Shown here: piece by piece, positions 63,178-64,000 of the stretch
How positions within the stretch are numbered: the stretch's first letter is position 1
How the letters are laid out: each line of letters starts with the position of its first letter
Assembly (NCBI GenBank): GCA_030390025.1
Contig: JASTWF010000331.1
Span: forward strand, 1-64,000
DNA from: Squalus acanthias
Taxonomy: Eukaryota
Direction of reading: 5' to 3'
Length of the DNA stretch: 64,000 nt
Notes under the pieces: generated by a model
The model's database searches: none
Told to the model about the DNA's origin: nothing
The model's input: only the letters and a program-made list of their open reading frames with translations
Position numbers and translations under genes: made by a program

Positions 63178-64000
63178 ATACATAGATACATAGAAGATAG
63201 GAGCAGGAGTAGGCCATCCGGCCCTTCGAGCCTGCTCCGCCATTTAATGAGATCATGGCTGATCCTCCAATTCAATATCCCGTCCCCGCCTTCTCTCCGT
63301 AACCCTTAACCCCTTTTGCCTGTAGAAATATATCTAATTCCCTCTTAAATATATTTAATGAGCTGGCGTACACTGCCCTCTGTGGCAATGAGTTCCACAG
63401 GTTCACCACCCTCTGAGTGAAGAAATTCCCCCTCATTTCTGTCCTAAATGGTTTAGCCCTTATCCTTAAATTATGTCCTCTAGTTCTGTTCTCACCCGCC
63501 AAGGGAAACATTCCTTCTGCATCTAGTCAGTCTAGACCTTTCAGAATTTTATACACTTCTATGAGGTCCCCTCTCAATCTTCTAAACTCCAGTGTGTACA
63601 TCCCTAAACTACATAGTCTCTTCTCATAGGTCAATCCCGCCATTCCTGGTATCAGCCTGGTGAATCGCCGCTGCACCCCCTCCATGGCAAGAACATCTTT
63701 CCTCAGATGAGGCGACCAAAACTGTACACAGTACTCGAGGTGTGGTCTCACCAGTGCCCTGTACAGCTGCAGCAAGGTATCCCTGTTCCTGTATTCCAAC
63801 CCTTTTGCTATGAAGGCCCGCATACCGTTTGCCTTCTTGACCGCCTGTTGCACCTGCATGCTCGCCTTCAGTGACTGGTGTACAAGAACACCCAGGTCTC
63901 TCTGTACTTCCCCCTCTCCCAATTTATTGCCATTTAAATAATAATTTGCCCTCCCGTTCCTGCACCCAAGGTGGATAACTTCGCACTTGTCCACATTATA
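63178..64000 (-). mobile_element. Young CR1 3' portion, running off the window
   Basis: ORFs 63527-63994 and 63272-63511. catagatacatagaagataggagcaggagtaggcc tail. Confidence 0.95.

Overview
Eukaryotic, repeat-dominated DNA. The CR1/L2/Penelope/Harbinger repertoire and the receptor type suggest a cartilaginous fish (inference). The core is a tandem pair of minus-strand, two-exon class A GPCR genes of the GPR139/GPR142-like type. Copy 1 appears intact. It has a 67-nt coding exon 1 at 22034-22100, not in the ORF track, spliced across a ~13-kb intron to exon 2 at 8164-9074, giving ~325 aa. Copy 2 (exon 1 55504-55570, exon 2 remnant 48158-48508) is a pseudogene with frameshifts, and is truncated by a near-full-length CR1. 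The two gene units are old segmental duplicates with collinear introns and promoters, which allows insertions and tandem-repeat expansions to be ordered in time. Between the genes lie a ~10.6-kb 18-bp satellite, present only as a ~280-bp degenerate array at the same promoter position in copy 2, and a ~10-kb 22-bp satellite with ~3-kb higher-order repeats. The window begins with a decayed two-gene Harbinger transposon. Most ORFs in the track are repeat artefacts. Repeat boundaries were placed by eye and are approximate.
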